From the NCBI GenBank assembly GCA_963769935.1, contig CAVYNY010000009.1, forward strand, positions 160,001 to 224,000: DNA of 64,000 nucleotides. The letters are read 5' to 3'. The notes beneath the pieces are model-generated. The model was not told where the DNA came from. It ran no database searches and saw only the letters and a program-made list of their open reading frames with translations. Positions 9,610 through 19,174 of the stretch are shown here, piece after piece (within the stretch, counting starts at the first letter, position 1; every line of letters starts with the position of its first letter). A program made the position numbers and the translations under genes. Source of the stretch: an uncultured delta proteobacterium (lineage in GTDB: Bacteria > Desulfobacterota > Desulfobacteria > Desulfobacterales > JAFDCJ01).

Positions 9610-11238
9610 TTAACAATACCTCAAAACCTTGCCCGGCAGCGCGTCTGTCTGGCGCTCGTCCTGGACAACGATCCGACCGTTGACCAGGACGTGCAGGATG
9701 CCTTCCGGGAACTGATGCGGCTCCAGGAAGGTGGCCTTATCGATGACGTGCCCGGGGTCAAAAACCACGATGTCGGCCCACATGCCCTCCTTTAACAATC
9801 CTCGATCCGTCAGGCCCAGCCGCTGGGCCGGAAAGGAGGTCATCCGGCGCACGGCATCTTCCAGGGTCAGCACGCCTTCTTGGCGCACATATTTTCCCAG
9901 GATGCGCGGATAGGTGCCGTAATAGCGGGGATGCGGTTTGCCGTGCCCCAGGACACCGGAGGGATTGACGCCCCAGGCGTCGGTGCCGATCATGGTGTAG
10001 CGGGCCGTCATGATTCGGCGGATGTCCTCCTCACCCATCAATTCGATGGTCATGGTGACTTCACCGCTTTCATCGATGAGCAGGGCAAACAGCGTTTCCC
10101 ATTGATCGGTTTTGCCTTTGAGACGCGTGATCTCGCCGATGCTTTTGCCTTCCATTTCGCGCCATTTCTCCGATTTAACGGAGGCGATGTATATGGCCTC
10201 GAATCCGGCGTCTTTAATCCAGTTTTCCCATCCCGGCAACCCCTGGTTGACATCATGCATGATGCGCGCACGGCAGGCAGGATCTTTGAGGCGTGCGATG
10301 AGCGCTTCCAGACCGCCCGCATGCACCCAGGTCGGCAGCAGGGTGATCAACGAGGTCATCCCCCGGCTGTAGGGATACTGGTCGCAGGTGATGCTCAACC
10401 CACGCGCATTGGCATCTTCCATCAGCTGAAGCGTTTCGCGGCTCCTGCCCCAATAGGCCTTGCCGGCCACCTTGTGATGGGCGATATGACCACCGCGGCA
10501 GCCCGACTTTTCCGTGATCTCGATCACTTCCTTGACGGCATCCACCACCGTCGCGCCTTCGCCCCGAATGTGACTGCAGTAAAGGCCGTTGTATTCGGCC
10601 ACGATCTTGGCCAGGGAGATGATTTCCCCGGTTCGGGCATAGGCCTGCGGGGCATAGATCAAGCCGGTGCTCATACCGAAAGCGCCCGCCTGCATGGCCT
10701 CTGCGACGAAGGACTGCATGCGCTTTTCTTCGCCGGCCGTGGGCGGCCGATCTTCGAATCCCGGTCCGCCGGCCACCCGCACCGTACCCAGGCCCACCAG
10801 ATGGGCCGCGTTGGCGACGCAGCCGTGCTGCTCCATATAAGTAAGATATTCGCCAAATGTGTTCCAGGGCACCGCTTCGAAACTGAGATCCGGCGGCGCA
10901 AAAACGCCGTATAATTTGAGATACTCCCGCCGGGTCTCCGGCGCCAGCGGGGCCAGATTGTCGCCGCAATTTCCCAGCAGGCTGGTAGTGATGCCCTGAC
11001 GGATGGTCGACGGCAGGGTATTGTCGAAGTAAATGGCCGCATCCGAATGGGAGTGCACGTCGATGAAGCCCGGACATACGACCAGGTCTGCGGCATCGAT
11101 GATTTCTGCGGCCTGCTCATTTTTTAAAAGCCCGATTTTTTCGATCCGGCCGTTATGTATCCCGACATCGCCCCGGTAGCCGGGATTGCCGGCACCGTCG
11201 ATAATTTTGCCGTTCTTAATGATGACATCATAGTGCAT
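9610..11238 (-). CDS. N-acyl-D-amino-acid deacylase (D-aminoacylase, amidohydrolase family)
   Basis: PGFIDVHSHSD, GNCG, STGLIYAP, SHIRGE, HPRYYGTYPR, ADIVVFD; ATG 11238 follows GGGAGG. Confidence 0.92.
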   Translation of the reverse strand: MHYDVIIKNGKIIDGAGNPGYRGDVGIHNGRIEKIGLLKNEQAAEIIDAADLVVCPGFIDVHSHSDAAIYFDNTLPSTIRQGITTSLLGNCGDNLAPLAPETRREYLKLYGVFAPPDLSFEAVPWNTFGEYLTYMEQHGCVANAAHLVGLGTVRVAGGPGFEDRPPTAGEEKRMQSFVAEAMQAGAFGMSTGLIYAPQAYARTGEIISLAKIVAEYNGLYCSHIRGEGATVVDAVKEVIEITEKSGCRGGHIAHHKVAGKAYWGRSRETLQLMEDANARGLSITCDQYPYSRGMTSLITLLPTWVHAGGLEALIARLKDPACRARIMHDVNQGLPGWENWIKDAGFEAIYIASVKSEKWREMEGKSIGEITRLKGKTDQWETLFALLIDESGEVTMTIELMGEEDIRRIMTARYTMIGTDAWGVNPSGVLGHGKPHPRYYGTYPRILGKYVRQEGVLTLEDAVRRMTSFPAQRLGLTDRGLLKEGMWADIVVFDPGHVIDKATFLEPHQFPEGILHVLVNGRIVVQDERQTDALPGKVLRYC

Positions 11239-11459
11239 TTCAATCGCCTCCCGAGTCAAATTCTTACCAGCCATATCAAATCTATTTTATGAAATCCAGA
11301 GCGATTAACTAAAGTATTCCGATTTTACCCTCCTTGTAGTATAATATAGCCAGCATTAGCATAATTTTTCAGATTTTGCTGATCCAAAAGGTGCTGACTA
11401 CTGAAACTTGGCAATAATGGTTCCGGCTTGTCCGGGTCATTCTAAGGAGAGGAGTTGTT

Positions 11460-11666
11460 ATGCGTGGAATGTTTATAGTCGGCCTTCTCATCGTCGCATT
11501 GATCGTTGGATTGCTGGTCATGAAAAATATGGGAGCCGACAATGCGGGGGGCGTCACCAAAACCCAAGCCCAAAAATACATAAATAAAGCGGAAAGCGCC
11601 ACCCATGACGTGAATAAAAGACTGAATGATCTCAGCAGGCAAGTGAAGGATGCGAAGGCGGATTAG
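11460..11666 (+). CDS. Small hypothetical protein with N-terminal membrane anchor
   Basis: Strong RBS AAGGAGAGGAG; hydrophobic helix then coiled-coil-like tail. Confidence 0.7.
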   Translation: MRGMFIVGLLIVALIVGLLVMKNMGADNAGGVTKTQAQKYINKAESATHDVNKRLNDLSRQVKDAKAD

Positions 11667-11721
11667 GTGCGCACGGCGGTTGGTCAACGGCCACCCCGTA
11701 TATGACACGGGAGGGTAGGAA

Positions 11722-12375
11722 TCAGCTCAGCACCGCAACTTTATATACATACTTCACCCAATCCGAGCCGTAATACCCCTCGGCCACCACGCGCAGCGGA
11801 AATCCGTGTTTTTCTGGCAGATCCTCACCATTTACCCGGTAAGCCAAAAACACTTTGTCAGCGAGGATATCCGCGATGGGAAATCGTTCCACCTTTTCAT
11901 AATTGGCAGGCGGACCGGTAAAGCTGATGTGGGTTGCCCCGGGCCGAATTTGGGCCATTTCAAGTATGGTCGCCACTGAAATGCCTGTCCAGCGAGCGTT
12001 GTAGGAAAAAACACCCGGACAGATTAAAAGAACATTTCTTTCGATGGCGGGCAACTGCACGATTTGGGCGTAGGTGAGCTGCAAGGGGCGTTGCAGGTGG
12101 CCCGATACTTCAAGCTGCCAGGTCTTCAAATCGACATGGTGATTGGTGGTCCCCATTGTTCCGAACTTATCGATCGGCGTCAGCCGCAAATTGCGTGTAT
12201 CCAGACTGGCGGGATCCTGGCCCATAAGGGTTTCGGGCCGGGTTCCTTGCGGCAGAATGATCTTTTTGACCTTGGCAAAAGCCTTGCGGACCCAAAAAGC
12301 GGCCGGGCTGAAGAAAACACCCATGCCGACGAGAAATCCCAGCAAATTCTTGATAAATTGGCGTCGTTTTTTCAT
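11722..12375 (-). CDS. Tat-exported molybdopterin-dependent oxidoreductase, sulfite oxidase/MsrP-like family
   Basis: RRQFIK twin-arginine signal; LICPG cysteine; LAYRVNGEDLPEKHGFPLRVV...WVKYV. Confidence 0.85.
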   Translation of the reverse strand: MKKRRQFIKNLLGFLVGMGVFFSPAAFWVRKAFAKVKKIILPQGTRPETLMGQDPASLDTRNLRLTPIDKFGTMGTTNHHVDLKTWQLEVSGHLQRPLQLTYAQIVQLPAIERNVLLICPGVFSYNARWTGISVATILEMAQIRPGATHISFTGPPANYEKVERFPIADILADKVFLAYRVNGEDLPEKHGFPLRVVAEGYYGSDWVKYVYKVAVLS

Positions 12376-12459
12376 AGTTATATTCCTTTATTCCTGCGGC
12401 TGAGTACCTTGCGGGAGCACCGATAGTAAATACCAGGTTAACCCTTTATACGGTCTACT

Positions 12460-12498
12460 TCACAAGATCATCACAAAATTATCACTTTTTTGTAACAA
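12460..12498. promoter_or_regulatory. Four hexamer boxes at 11-bp pitch (TCACAA, TCACAA, TCACTT, TAACAA)
   Basis: Starts at 12460, 12471, 12482, 12493, upstream of the sulfite-oxidase-like gene. Confidence 0.5.
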
Positions 12499-12504
12499 AT
12501 GAAA

Positions 12505-12538
12505 AAAGCGTGGAATTTAAAAGTCAATTCCACGCTTT
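12505..12538 (-). terminator. Rho-independent terminator downstream of the Hsp20 gene
   Basis: Perfect 13-bp stem AAAGCGTGGAATT/AATTCCACGCTTT with a T-run on the minus strand. Confidence 0.7.
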
Positions 12539-12660
12539 CCAAGTGAAAAGCTATATGATTTAATCAAGAATAAAAAGATACAGATATCATCATCTTATAA
12601 CCTTTGAATCCCGCCGGAGCGAAAAACCCTGAATCCGGAACCGATCCCTTAAGTAATGTG

Positions 12661-12963
12661 CTATTCGACGGTCACTTTGTGTCCATGCAAGCTGTCCTTG
12701 AAAGGAACGCTGATTCGCAACAGTCCGGAATCAAATTTTGCCTTGGCGCTCTCACGCTTAACCTCATGGGCAAGCGTATAGCAGTTATCATATCGAAAAT
12801 CCTCGGCTTCGGCTTTGATGCAAAAACCTTTGTCACCCACGTCGAGATCAACGCTTTCTTTTGATGCGCCCGCCAAATCCACCCGTATATCCAAACCGGT
12901 ATCATCGTCATTGTGGTTGACATTGATCATGGGAACAACAACTCGTTTTGAATTTTTGTCCAT
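12661..12963 (-). CDS. Small heat-shock protein (Hsp20/alpha-crystallin domain)
   Basis: VDLAGASKESVDL and AKAKFDSGLLRISVP motifs; ATG 12963 with AAGGGGG RBS. Confidence 0.85.
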   Translation of the reverse strand: MDKNSKRVVVPMINVNHNDDDTGLDIRVDLAGASKESVDLDVGDKGFCIKAEAEDFRYDNCYTLAHEVKRESAKAKFDSGLLRISVPFKDSLHGHKVTVE

Positions 12964-13157
12964 TTGAGTCACCCCCTTTCTTGATAAACATGTACTGGTA
13001 ATAATCACAAATTTGTTCAAATCAAGATAGTCCGGAGGCTCAAACCGCAATTCGACGCATTTGCCGTTTGTAATTTCGATAATGACAAGATAATATTCCG
13101 TTAGCAGCCACCCCGGACATTTAATCATCAGTTTTTCGAACAGCGGAGGTTTGAGCC

Positions 13158-15341
13158 ATGACTGAAATCAGGCGATCTTATTGCGGTTTATGTCATCCCC
13201 GTTGCGGTCTCCTTTTGGAAATGGAAAACGGCCGGATTGTCAAAGTGAAAGGGGACCCGGATCATCCCATATCAAAGGGACGAATTTGTCAGAGAGGCAG
13301 TTTGATGGCTGATCATGTGGATCATCCGGATCGCATCAATTACCCGCTCAAGCGCAAGGGCGGCAAGGGAGCCGGACAATGGCAGCGCCTGACATGGCAT
13401 CAGGCCCTGGATGAAGTCGCTAACAAGCTAGGGGATCTTCGCGAACACTACGGCGCTGAGACCCTGGCTTTTACGCATGGCACCAAGCGAACCTATCACT
13501 GGGATGAACGCCGATTTTTCAACCTGTTCGGGTCACCCAATATCTGCGGAGCAAACAATATCTGCATGTGCCCGAGCCAGGCGGTAGAATTTGCAACTTA
13601 TGGCGGCTTCACGTGGGGTGATGCGATGCATACCAAATGCGTGGTTTTATGGGGGCATGCACCATCCAAGTCCAGCCCCATCGGCCTTTATCCCATGATC
13701 CTTCAAGCCCAGAAAAATGGGGCGCAACTTATCGTGGTCGATCCCCGCCGAATCCCGGAGGCGGAAAGAGCGGATATGTGGCTTCCCATACGGCCCGGGA
13801 CCGATGTGGCCTTGATGCTCGGATGGCTGCGGATTATCATCGAAGAAGACCTTTATGACACCGATTTTGTAGCAAACTGGACGATCGGATTTGAAGATCT
13901 CAAGACGGCCGCCGCCGAATATACGCCTCAAAAGGTTGCCGAGATTACCTGGCTGACACCCGAACAGGTGGTGAGTTCAGCCCGCTGCTACGCCACGACC
14001 AAACCGGCCATGATCACCTGGGGTTTCGGCCTGGACAAGCAGGGCGTCAACGCGACCCAGGCGGCAAGGGCCAGATGTTGTCTCAGAGCGGTGACCGGCA
14101 ATTTGGATATCCAGGGCGGGGAGCCGCTGGGCTGGAACGAACCTGTCGGCAGAATCATCGGCGACGAGGAAGTAGAATTCAACACTGCGCTTTCAAATGA
14201 GCAGCGGGCCAAGCAGTTGGGTGCCGATCAATATCCTTTCTTCGGTTTTCCGGGGTGGTCGCGCAACAGGGAAGCCAATCGCCGCCTGCCCATAGAATAC
14301 ATGCATCCACCCCATGCCGACATGACCTGTGTCGCCCATGCGCGAAGTGTGTTTGACGCCATGATTACCGCCAAACCCTATCCGGTTAAGGCGGCCATCT
14401 CGGTAGCCAGCAATCCGTTGCTTTCCCTGCCGAATGTGCGCCATACCTACGAGGCATTGAAGCAGTTGAAACTTTATGTTGTCGGTGAATTTTATCTCAC
14501 GCCCTCGGCCGCTCTGGCAGATTATGTTTTTCCGATATGTTCCACAGTCGAGACGACCGAATTGTGGCTGACCCCCATGTTCTGTGTGGCTTGTCCCCGC
14601 GGTGTTGAGCCGCTGTATGAACGGCGCAACACCTATGATTTCTGGCGCGGCCTGGCGCTGAGACTTGGGCAGCAAGATGACTGGCCATGGAAGACGGTGG
14701 ATGATGTGTGGGACTACCGGCTCGCTCCGGCAGAACTTACCTTCAAAAAGCTGCTTGAACAAAACGGCCTTTTCGGAAGGCCGCAATACAAGCGTTATGA
14801 AAAATTTGGTTTCGGTACACCGTCAGGTAAAGTTGAGCTTCGCTCCACAACCTTCGAGCAGCTGGGTTGCGAACCCTTGCCGGTATATCGTGAACCTTTT
14901 CACAGCCCCTTGGGTAATTCGAAACTAGCCGAATCCTTCCCCCTGGTTCTCATTTCCGGGAGCCGGTTTATGCCGATGTACCAATCCGAACAGCGCCAAA
15001 TTCAGGCGGCCAGAAAAAAAAGACCCGACCCGCTTCTGACGCTTCACCCGGATACGGCGGAAGCCCTTGGCCTGGCTGAAGGTGAATGGGTCAAGGTGGA
15101 ATCACCTCAGGGGAGCATTCGGATGCGTCTTCATCTTTCCGATATGGTTGACCGGCGGATGGCAGATGCAGATCATGGGTGGTGGTTTCCCGAACGTCGC
15201 GAGCAGGACCCCGAACTATTTGGAGTTTTTGAATCAAACGCCAATATTCTCTGCCCTGACGGATCGGAATTTTGCAGTCCGGAGATCGGAAGCTGGCCGC
15301 ATTCGGCGCTGCTGTGCCGGGTGAGCAAAGAAAGAAGCTGA
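13158..15341 (+). CDS. Bis-MGD Mo/W oxidoreductase, acetylene-hydratase-like clade of the DMSO reductase family
   Basis: CxxCxxxC...C [4Fe-4S] motif, RRFFNLFGSPN, WLPIRPGTD, KPYPVKA, C-terminal molydopterin-dinucleotide domain; 727 aa; no Tat signal. Confidence 0.88.
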   Translation: MTEIRRSYCGLCHPRCGLLLEMENGRIVKVKGDPDHPISKGRICQRGSLMADHVDHPDRINYPLKRKGGKGAGQWQRLTWHQALDEVANKLGDLREHYGAETLAFTHGTKRTYHWDERRFFNLFGSPNICGANNICMCPSQAVEFATYGGFTWGDAMHTKCVVLWGHAPSKSSPIGLYPMILQAQKNGAQLIVVDPRRIPEAERADMWLPIRPGTDVALMLGWLRIIIEEDLYDTDFVANWTIGFEDLKTAAAEYTPQKVAEITWLTPEQVVSSARCYATTKPAMITWGFGLDKQGVNATQAARARCCLRAVTGNLDIQGGEPLGWNEPVGRIIGDEEVEFNTALSNEQRAKQLGADQYPFFGFPGWSRNREANRRLPIEYMHPPHADMTCVAHARSVFDAMITAKPYPVKAAISVASNPLLSLPNVRHTYEALKQLKLYVVGEFYLTPSAALADYVFPICSTVETTELWLTPMFCVACPRGVEPLYERRNTYDFWRGLALRLGQQDDWPWKTVDDVWDYRLAPAELTFKKLLEQNGLFGRPQYKRYEKFGFGTPSGKVELRSTTFEQLGCEPLPVYREPFHSPLGNSKLAESFPLVLISGSRFMPMYQSEQRQIQAARKKRPDPLLTLHPDTAEALGLAEGEWVKVESPQGSIRMRLHLSDMVDRRMADADHGWWFPERREQDPELFGVFESNANILCPDGSEFCSPEIGSWPHSALLCRVSKERS

Positions 15342-15505
15342 GAAGCTGGGAAGCTGGGAAGGTGAGAAGGTAAGAAGAGCAGAAGATCAGAGGATCAGAG
15401 GATAAGAAGGTGGGAGGTTGGGAAGTTGAGAAGGTGAGAGGTTGCGAACCTTTTTTCAACTCAATCAACCAATCAACCCAATCAACCCAATCAACCCAAT
15501 CAATT
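15333..15505. repeat. About 14 degenerate 8-mers (rgaagntg) followed by 9-mers (tcaacccaa)
   Basis: Directly visible tandem periodicity between the two oxidoreductase genes. Confidence 0.88.
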
Positions 15506-15555
15506 ATGAACTACAAACCTTTTATCTGACACTTGATCAGTTTATGGAGGAAAAA

Positions 15556-17475
15556 ATGTTGGCGGATGTATACGGGTGGTGCGGCAAAATACTCGATGTC
15601 AACCTATCCGAGGGCCGCATTAACGCACTAATGACCATGAATTATGCCGATCGGTTCCTGGGCGGGCGCGGGATTGCCACGCGGATTTATTGGGAGACGG
15701 TCGGGCCTGGTGTGGGAGCCTTTGATCCGGAGAATCGCCTGATTTTCATGACGGGTCCGTTGGGGGCGACCGGCGCCCAAGGGGCTTCCCGTTTTGAAGT
15801 GGTGGGAAAGTCTCCCATGCTGTTGCCGGAGGGGTTCTGCTATGCGAACCTGGGCGGATTTTTCGGTCCCTACCTGAAAAGAGCCGGCTACGACGGTATT
15901 GTCGTCTCCGGACGATCCGAAAAACCGGTCTATCTCTGGATCGAGGACGGCCAAGCCCGCCTTTTGGATGCCTCGGCGCTCTGGGGCAAGGGTGTTTATG
16001 CGGTTCGGGACACCTTAAAAACACTGCATGGGGAAAATGTCCGATTTGTGACCACCGGCGTGGCCGGTGAAAATATGTGCCGCAGTGCCAATCTGATGAC
16101 CGACAATGAAGGCAGCGGCACCGGTGGGTTCGGCGCCGTGATGGGATCGAAAAACTTAAAGGCCCTGGCGGTATTCGGTACCGGGACCCCTTTGGTAGCC
16201 GACCCTACTGAGTTAAAGGAGCTCAATCGCCTGGCAGTCCATTTGAGCCGGCGCGACCCTATGTTCGTGCCGTTCCCGCCAGACCAGATTCGCCGCACCG
16301 GCAGGGCCTCCTGCTATCAATGCGGCCTTGACTGCATCATGCGAAATTCCTACCGGACCGCATCCGGCAAGAACGTTGTCCGAAAATGCCAGGCCATGTT
16401 TGTTTATTTTCCATGGGTCATGCGAAGACCGGCCGAGCCGATTGAAACCGCCGTTGATGCCACCGGTATTTGCAACGATTTGTCAATCTGCACGATGGAA
16501 ATGCAGAATATCATTCGGTGGCTGAATACGTGCGACAAGGCAGGCTACCTTACCGCTAAAGAGACCGGCCTGGACATGGCCAAGCTTGGCACGCGAGAGT
16601 TTTTTGAAAATCTCGCCAATATGATCGCCCGCCGGCAGGGATTCGGCGATGTTTTGGCCGAAGGTCTCCTGCGCGCCGGGAATAAGCTCGGTGCACAAGC
16701 CACAGCGCATTTCTCAAACGAGGTTTCCGGCGTCGGTGACGGGGCCACTTATTCTGCCCGCGAATATCTTATGAACGGCCTGCTGTATGCTCTGGAACCT
16801 AGACAGCCGATTGCGATGCTGCATGAAATAAGCCGCATCATGGGATTTTGGGTCATGAATCAGTCCGATCCGAAATCTTCACCGGTAACATCCGAGGTTT
16901 TTCGGGCCGCGGCCGCAAAATTCTGGGGACACGAAAAGGCATGGGATTTGACAACCCATGAAGGCAAGGCCGCAGCGGCGGTCAAGATTATGGACCGTAC
17001 CTATGCCAAAGATAGCCTACTGTTGTGCGATTCCGGCTGGCCGCTCATATTTTCCTGGAACACGCCGGATCATGTGGGAGATCCGGGGTTGGAAAGCCGG
17101 ATATTCACCGCCGTCACCGGTGTTGAAACCGATGAGACCGCTCTCAATCAGTACGGTGAACGAATATTCAACCTGCAACGAGGGATTCTTTTGCGGGAAG
17201 GCCGGCAGCCAAAAGACGATGATGTGCCCGCAAATTTTAACTTCACTGATCCGGTTGAAACGGTCTTTATGAATCCGGATGTGATCGTGCCCGGGCCGGG
17301 GGAGGAGGTCGTCAGCCTCAAAGGCCGGGTCCTGGATCGCAGCGTATTCGAAGAGATGCGCAAGGAATTTTATGAACTGCGGGGCTGGGACGCTGAGTCG
17401 GGTCTGCAAAAGTCCGAAACCCTCGAGCGTCTCGGATTGTCGGACCTCGTTAGCGGCGGTGTGACGACAGGATGA
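15556..17475 (+). CDS. aor: Aldehyde:ferredoxin oxidoreductase family (tungstopterin)
   Basis: YGWCGKILDVNLS, FLGGRG, GAVMGSKNLKA, CYQCGLDC, LCD, YELRGWD...LERLGL; ATG 15556 after GGAGG. Confidence 0.92.
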   Translation: MLADVYGWCGKILDVNLSEGRINALMTMNYADRFLGGRGIATRIYWETVGPGVGAFDPENRLIFMTGPLGATGAQGASRFEVVGKSPMLLPEGFCYANLGGFFGPYLKRAGYDGIVVSGRSEKPVYLWIEDGQARLLDASALWGKGVYAVRDTLKTLHGENVRFVTTGVAGENMCRSANLMTDNEGSGTGGFGAVMGSKNLKALAVFGTGTPLVADPTELKELNRLAVHLSRRDPMFVPFPPDQIRRTGRASCYQCGLDCIMRNSYRTASGKNVVRKCQAMFVYFPWVMRRPAEPIETAVDATGICNDLSICTMEMQNIIRWLNTCDKAGYLTAKETGLDMAKLGTREFFENLANMIARRQGFGDVLAEGLLRAGNKLGAQATAHFSNEVSGVGDGATYSAREYLMNGLLYALEPRQPIAMLHEISRIMGFWVMNQSDPKSSPVTSEVFRAAAAKFWGHEKAWDLTTHEGKAAAAVKIMDRTYAKDSLLLCDSGWPLIFSWNTPDHVGDPGLESRIFTAVTGVETDETALNQYGERIFNLQRGILLREGRQPKDDDVPANFNFTDPVETVFMNPDVIVPGPGEEVVSLKGRVLDRSVFEEMRKEFYELRGWDAESGLQKSETLERLGLSDLVSGGVTTG

Positions 17476-17700
17476 TTAGTACAAAATTCCAGCGGAGGTT
17501 CGGGCTTTGAACTTACCCCGGCGGGCTGCCTTGGCAGCGTTGGAGCAATGGAGTACTGGAGTTTTGGAGTGTTGGGGATCAAAAACAAATATGGGTCTGA
17601 TATTATATTTTTTATCGCTGCCAACCCTATAAAAACAGATCTCCTTCAACAAACCCAACACGCCAAGACTCCGGTTCGTATTTTTGACAGAGCCGACTAT
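17476..17700. repeat. Structured intergenic element with inverted 8-mer arrays
   Basis: tggagcaa tggagtac tggagttt tggagtgt; 17558-17576 pairs with 17654-17672 (17/19); GCTGCC-TT-GGCAGC palindrome at 17525-17538. Confidence 0.65.
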
Positions 17701-17722
17701 CTCTGTTTTGGTCTTCCCGGCT

Positions 17723-18826
17723 TCAGGGAAAAAAATACGTGTCGCCGTGCCGTAGATCCACCAAGCGGTCTATCAAGCCTTCTTTTTCCATTGCTTTTCG
17801 AATATCCACAGGAGGAAAGTGCACCGGCTCATCCCCTAAACGAAAGGTTCCCCAGTGAACGATCATTAGCTTCTTGGCGCCCAATTCCTTGAAGGCCCGC
17901 ACGGTTTCCGACGGATTGGCGTGGCTGGGGGCCATAAACCAGCGCGGTTCGTACGCACCCAGATTGAATATCGCCAGGTCGATTGCAAATTCCCGGCCCA
18001 GTTGGCTGAAGCCGTCGAAATAGGCGGTATCGCCGGAAAGATAGAGGGTCGGTCCGGCCGCGGTTTTGATCAGATAGGAGCCCCACAGCGCCCGGTTGGG
18101 TCCCTCCAGCGGATTGCGTATGGTCCAGTGGTTGCTCGGCAGAAATATGATTTCGCTTCCGTGCGCTTTATGGGAATCGTACCAGTCCAGCTGCGTCCGA
18201 TTCTTGAACTTGAGCCGATCCAATATCTCATTGTAGCCCAGGGGACTGATCACATGGGTGTCTTTGTCCAGCAGATCCAAAGACGGCGCATCTAAATGAT
18301 CGTAGTGGCCATGGGTGATCAGGACCTGGTCCGGCCCGGGGATTTCCCGCGGGTCGAACTGCAGGGGCGAGAAATCCTTGATAAACCAGAAAATACTGCC
18401 AAATACCGGGTCCACCAGCAGATACCGGTCGACATCTCGAATCAACACGCTGGCGTGTTTCAGGAAGGTGACCGACAGTCCCGTATGGCTTCGGATACGT
18501 TGCCAGTCAACGGTCACGGCTGTGGTGGGCTGATCGTCAAGGTAAGGCGCAAACGCGTTCCGGTGGAACAATTTCCAGGACATCACCTGCCAGAAGCGCC
18601 CGTTGCGGGGAAGTCCGATGGGGTTTTGAAAGTGGCCGTTGCCGTGATGCACCTTTTTTTCGGCAATTTCCCGCAGGCTGCGCCCGTTGAGCGGACGATA
18701 ATGCAGCGCCCCATTGCCCGGTGCTTCCGGTTGCGCTGCCAAGTTCAGCGGCGAAACCGCACTCATCAGGGCCAGGCCTTTGAAGCTGACCAGCATTTTT
18801 TGGATAAACTGTCTTCGGCTCATCAT
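17723..18826 (-). CDS. Tat-exported MBL-fold metallo-hydrolase (NAPE-PLD/RomA-like)
   Basis: SRRQFIQK signal; THGHYDHLD, PSNHW, LWGSY, SGDTAY, GAYEPRWFM, HWGTF. Confidence 0.9.
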   Translation of the reverse strand: MMSRRQFIQKMLVSFKGLALMSAVSPLNLAAQPEAPGNGALHYRPLNGRSLREIAEKKVHHGNGHFQNPIGLPRNGRFWQVMSWKLFHRNAFAPYLDDQPTTAVTVDWQRIRSHTGLSVTFLKHASVLIRDVDRYLLVDPVFGSIFWFIKDFSPLQFDPREIPGPDQVLITHGHYDHLDAPSLDLLDKDTHVISPLGYNEILDRLKFKNRTQLDWYDSHKAHGSEIIFLPSNHWTIRNPLEGPNRALWGSYLIKTAAGPTLYLSGDTAYFDGFSQLGREFAIDLAIFNLGAYEPRWFMAPSHANPSETVRAFKELGAKKLMIVHWGTFRLGDEPVHFPPVDIRKAMEKEGLIDRLVDLRHGDTYFFP

Positions 18827-19099
18827 CGTTTCGTTTCACACTATCCGATCACCCCGCAGAGCAGGTGTGTAGTCGGCCGGTCTTGGGTTTTTGCAATGTT
18901 GGAATAAAAACTATAAGCACTGTGTCCGAAAGCGCAACTTCCTATAAAAGCCTGAATTCAGGCCGGAGATCGATGTTTATGCCAAATGATTCCAATTGCA
19001 ATTTTCTTATTTGGTAACTTGCGCGGCCGAAGGGTCAGCACTCGTCCCATAAACAACCATTGACATTTACCTTCCGTATTAACTAAAAAGTTGGTAAAA

Positions 19100-19127
19100 T
19101 GTTAGATTATTGTTAGATTAGTGTTAG
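19100..19127. promoter_or_regulatory. Three TGTTAG boxes at 11-bp pitch
   Basis: TGTTAGATTAT TGTTAGATTAG TGTTAG, starts 19100, 19111, 19122. Confidence 0.55.
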
Positions 19128-19174
19128 CGTCTTTACGGGAGACTCCATGGGCGCCGATTCATCCGGGATGAGTT

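Noticed and set aside
9880..11120. Long alternative ORFs (344 aa plus, 274 aa minus)
   Set aside because: Shadow frames of the GC-rich D-aminoacylase gene
12964..13128. N-terminal extension of the Hsp20 ORF
   Set aside because: Runs through the divergent promoter region; good RBS precedes ATG 12963
15333..15505. CRISPR interpretation of the tandem arrays
   Set aside because: Units are 7-9 bp with no unique spacers, and no cas genes are present
15442..15555. NPINPINPIN extension of AOR
   Set aside because: Translation of the 9-mer DNA array; RBS supports ATG 15556
11722..17475. Selenocysteine recoding in the Mo/W enzymes
   Set aside because: ORFs are uninterrupted and the ligand positions are ordinary Cys codons
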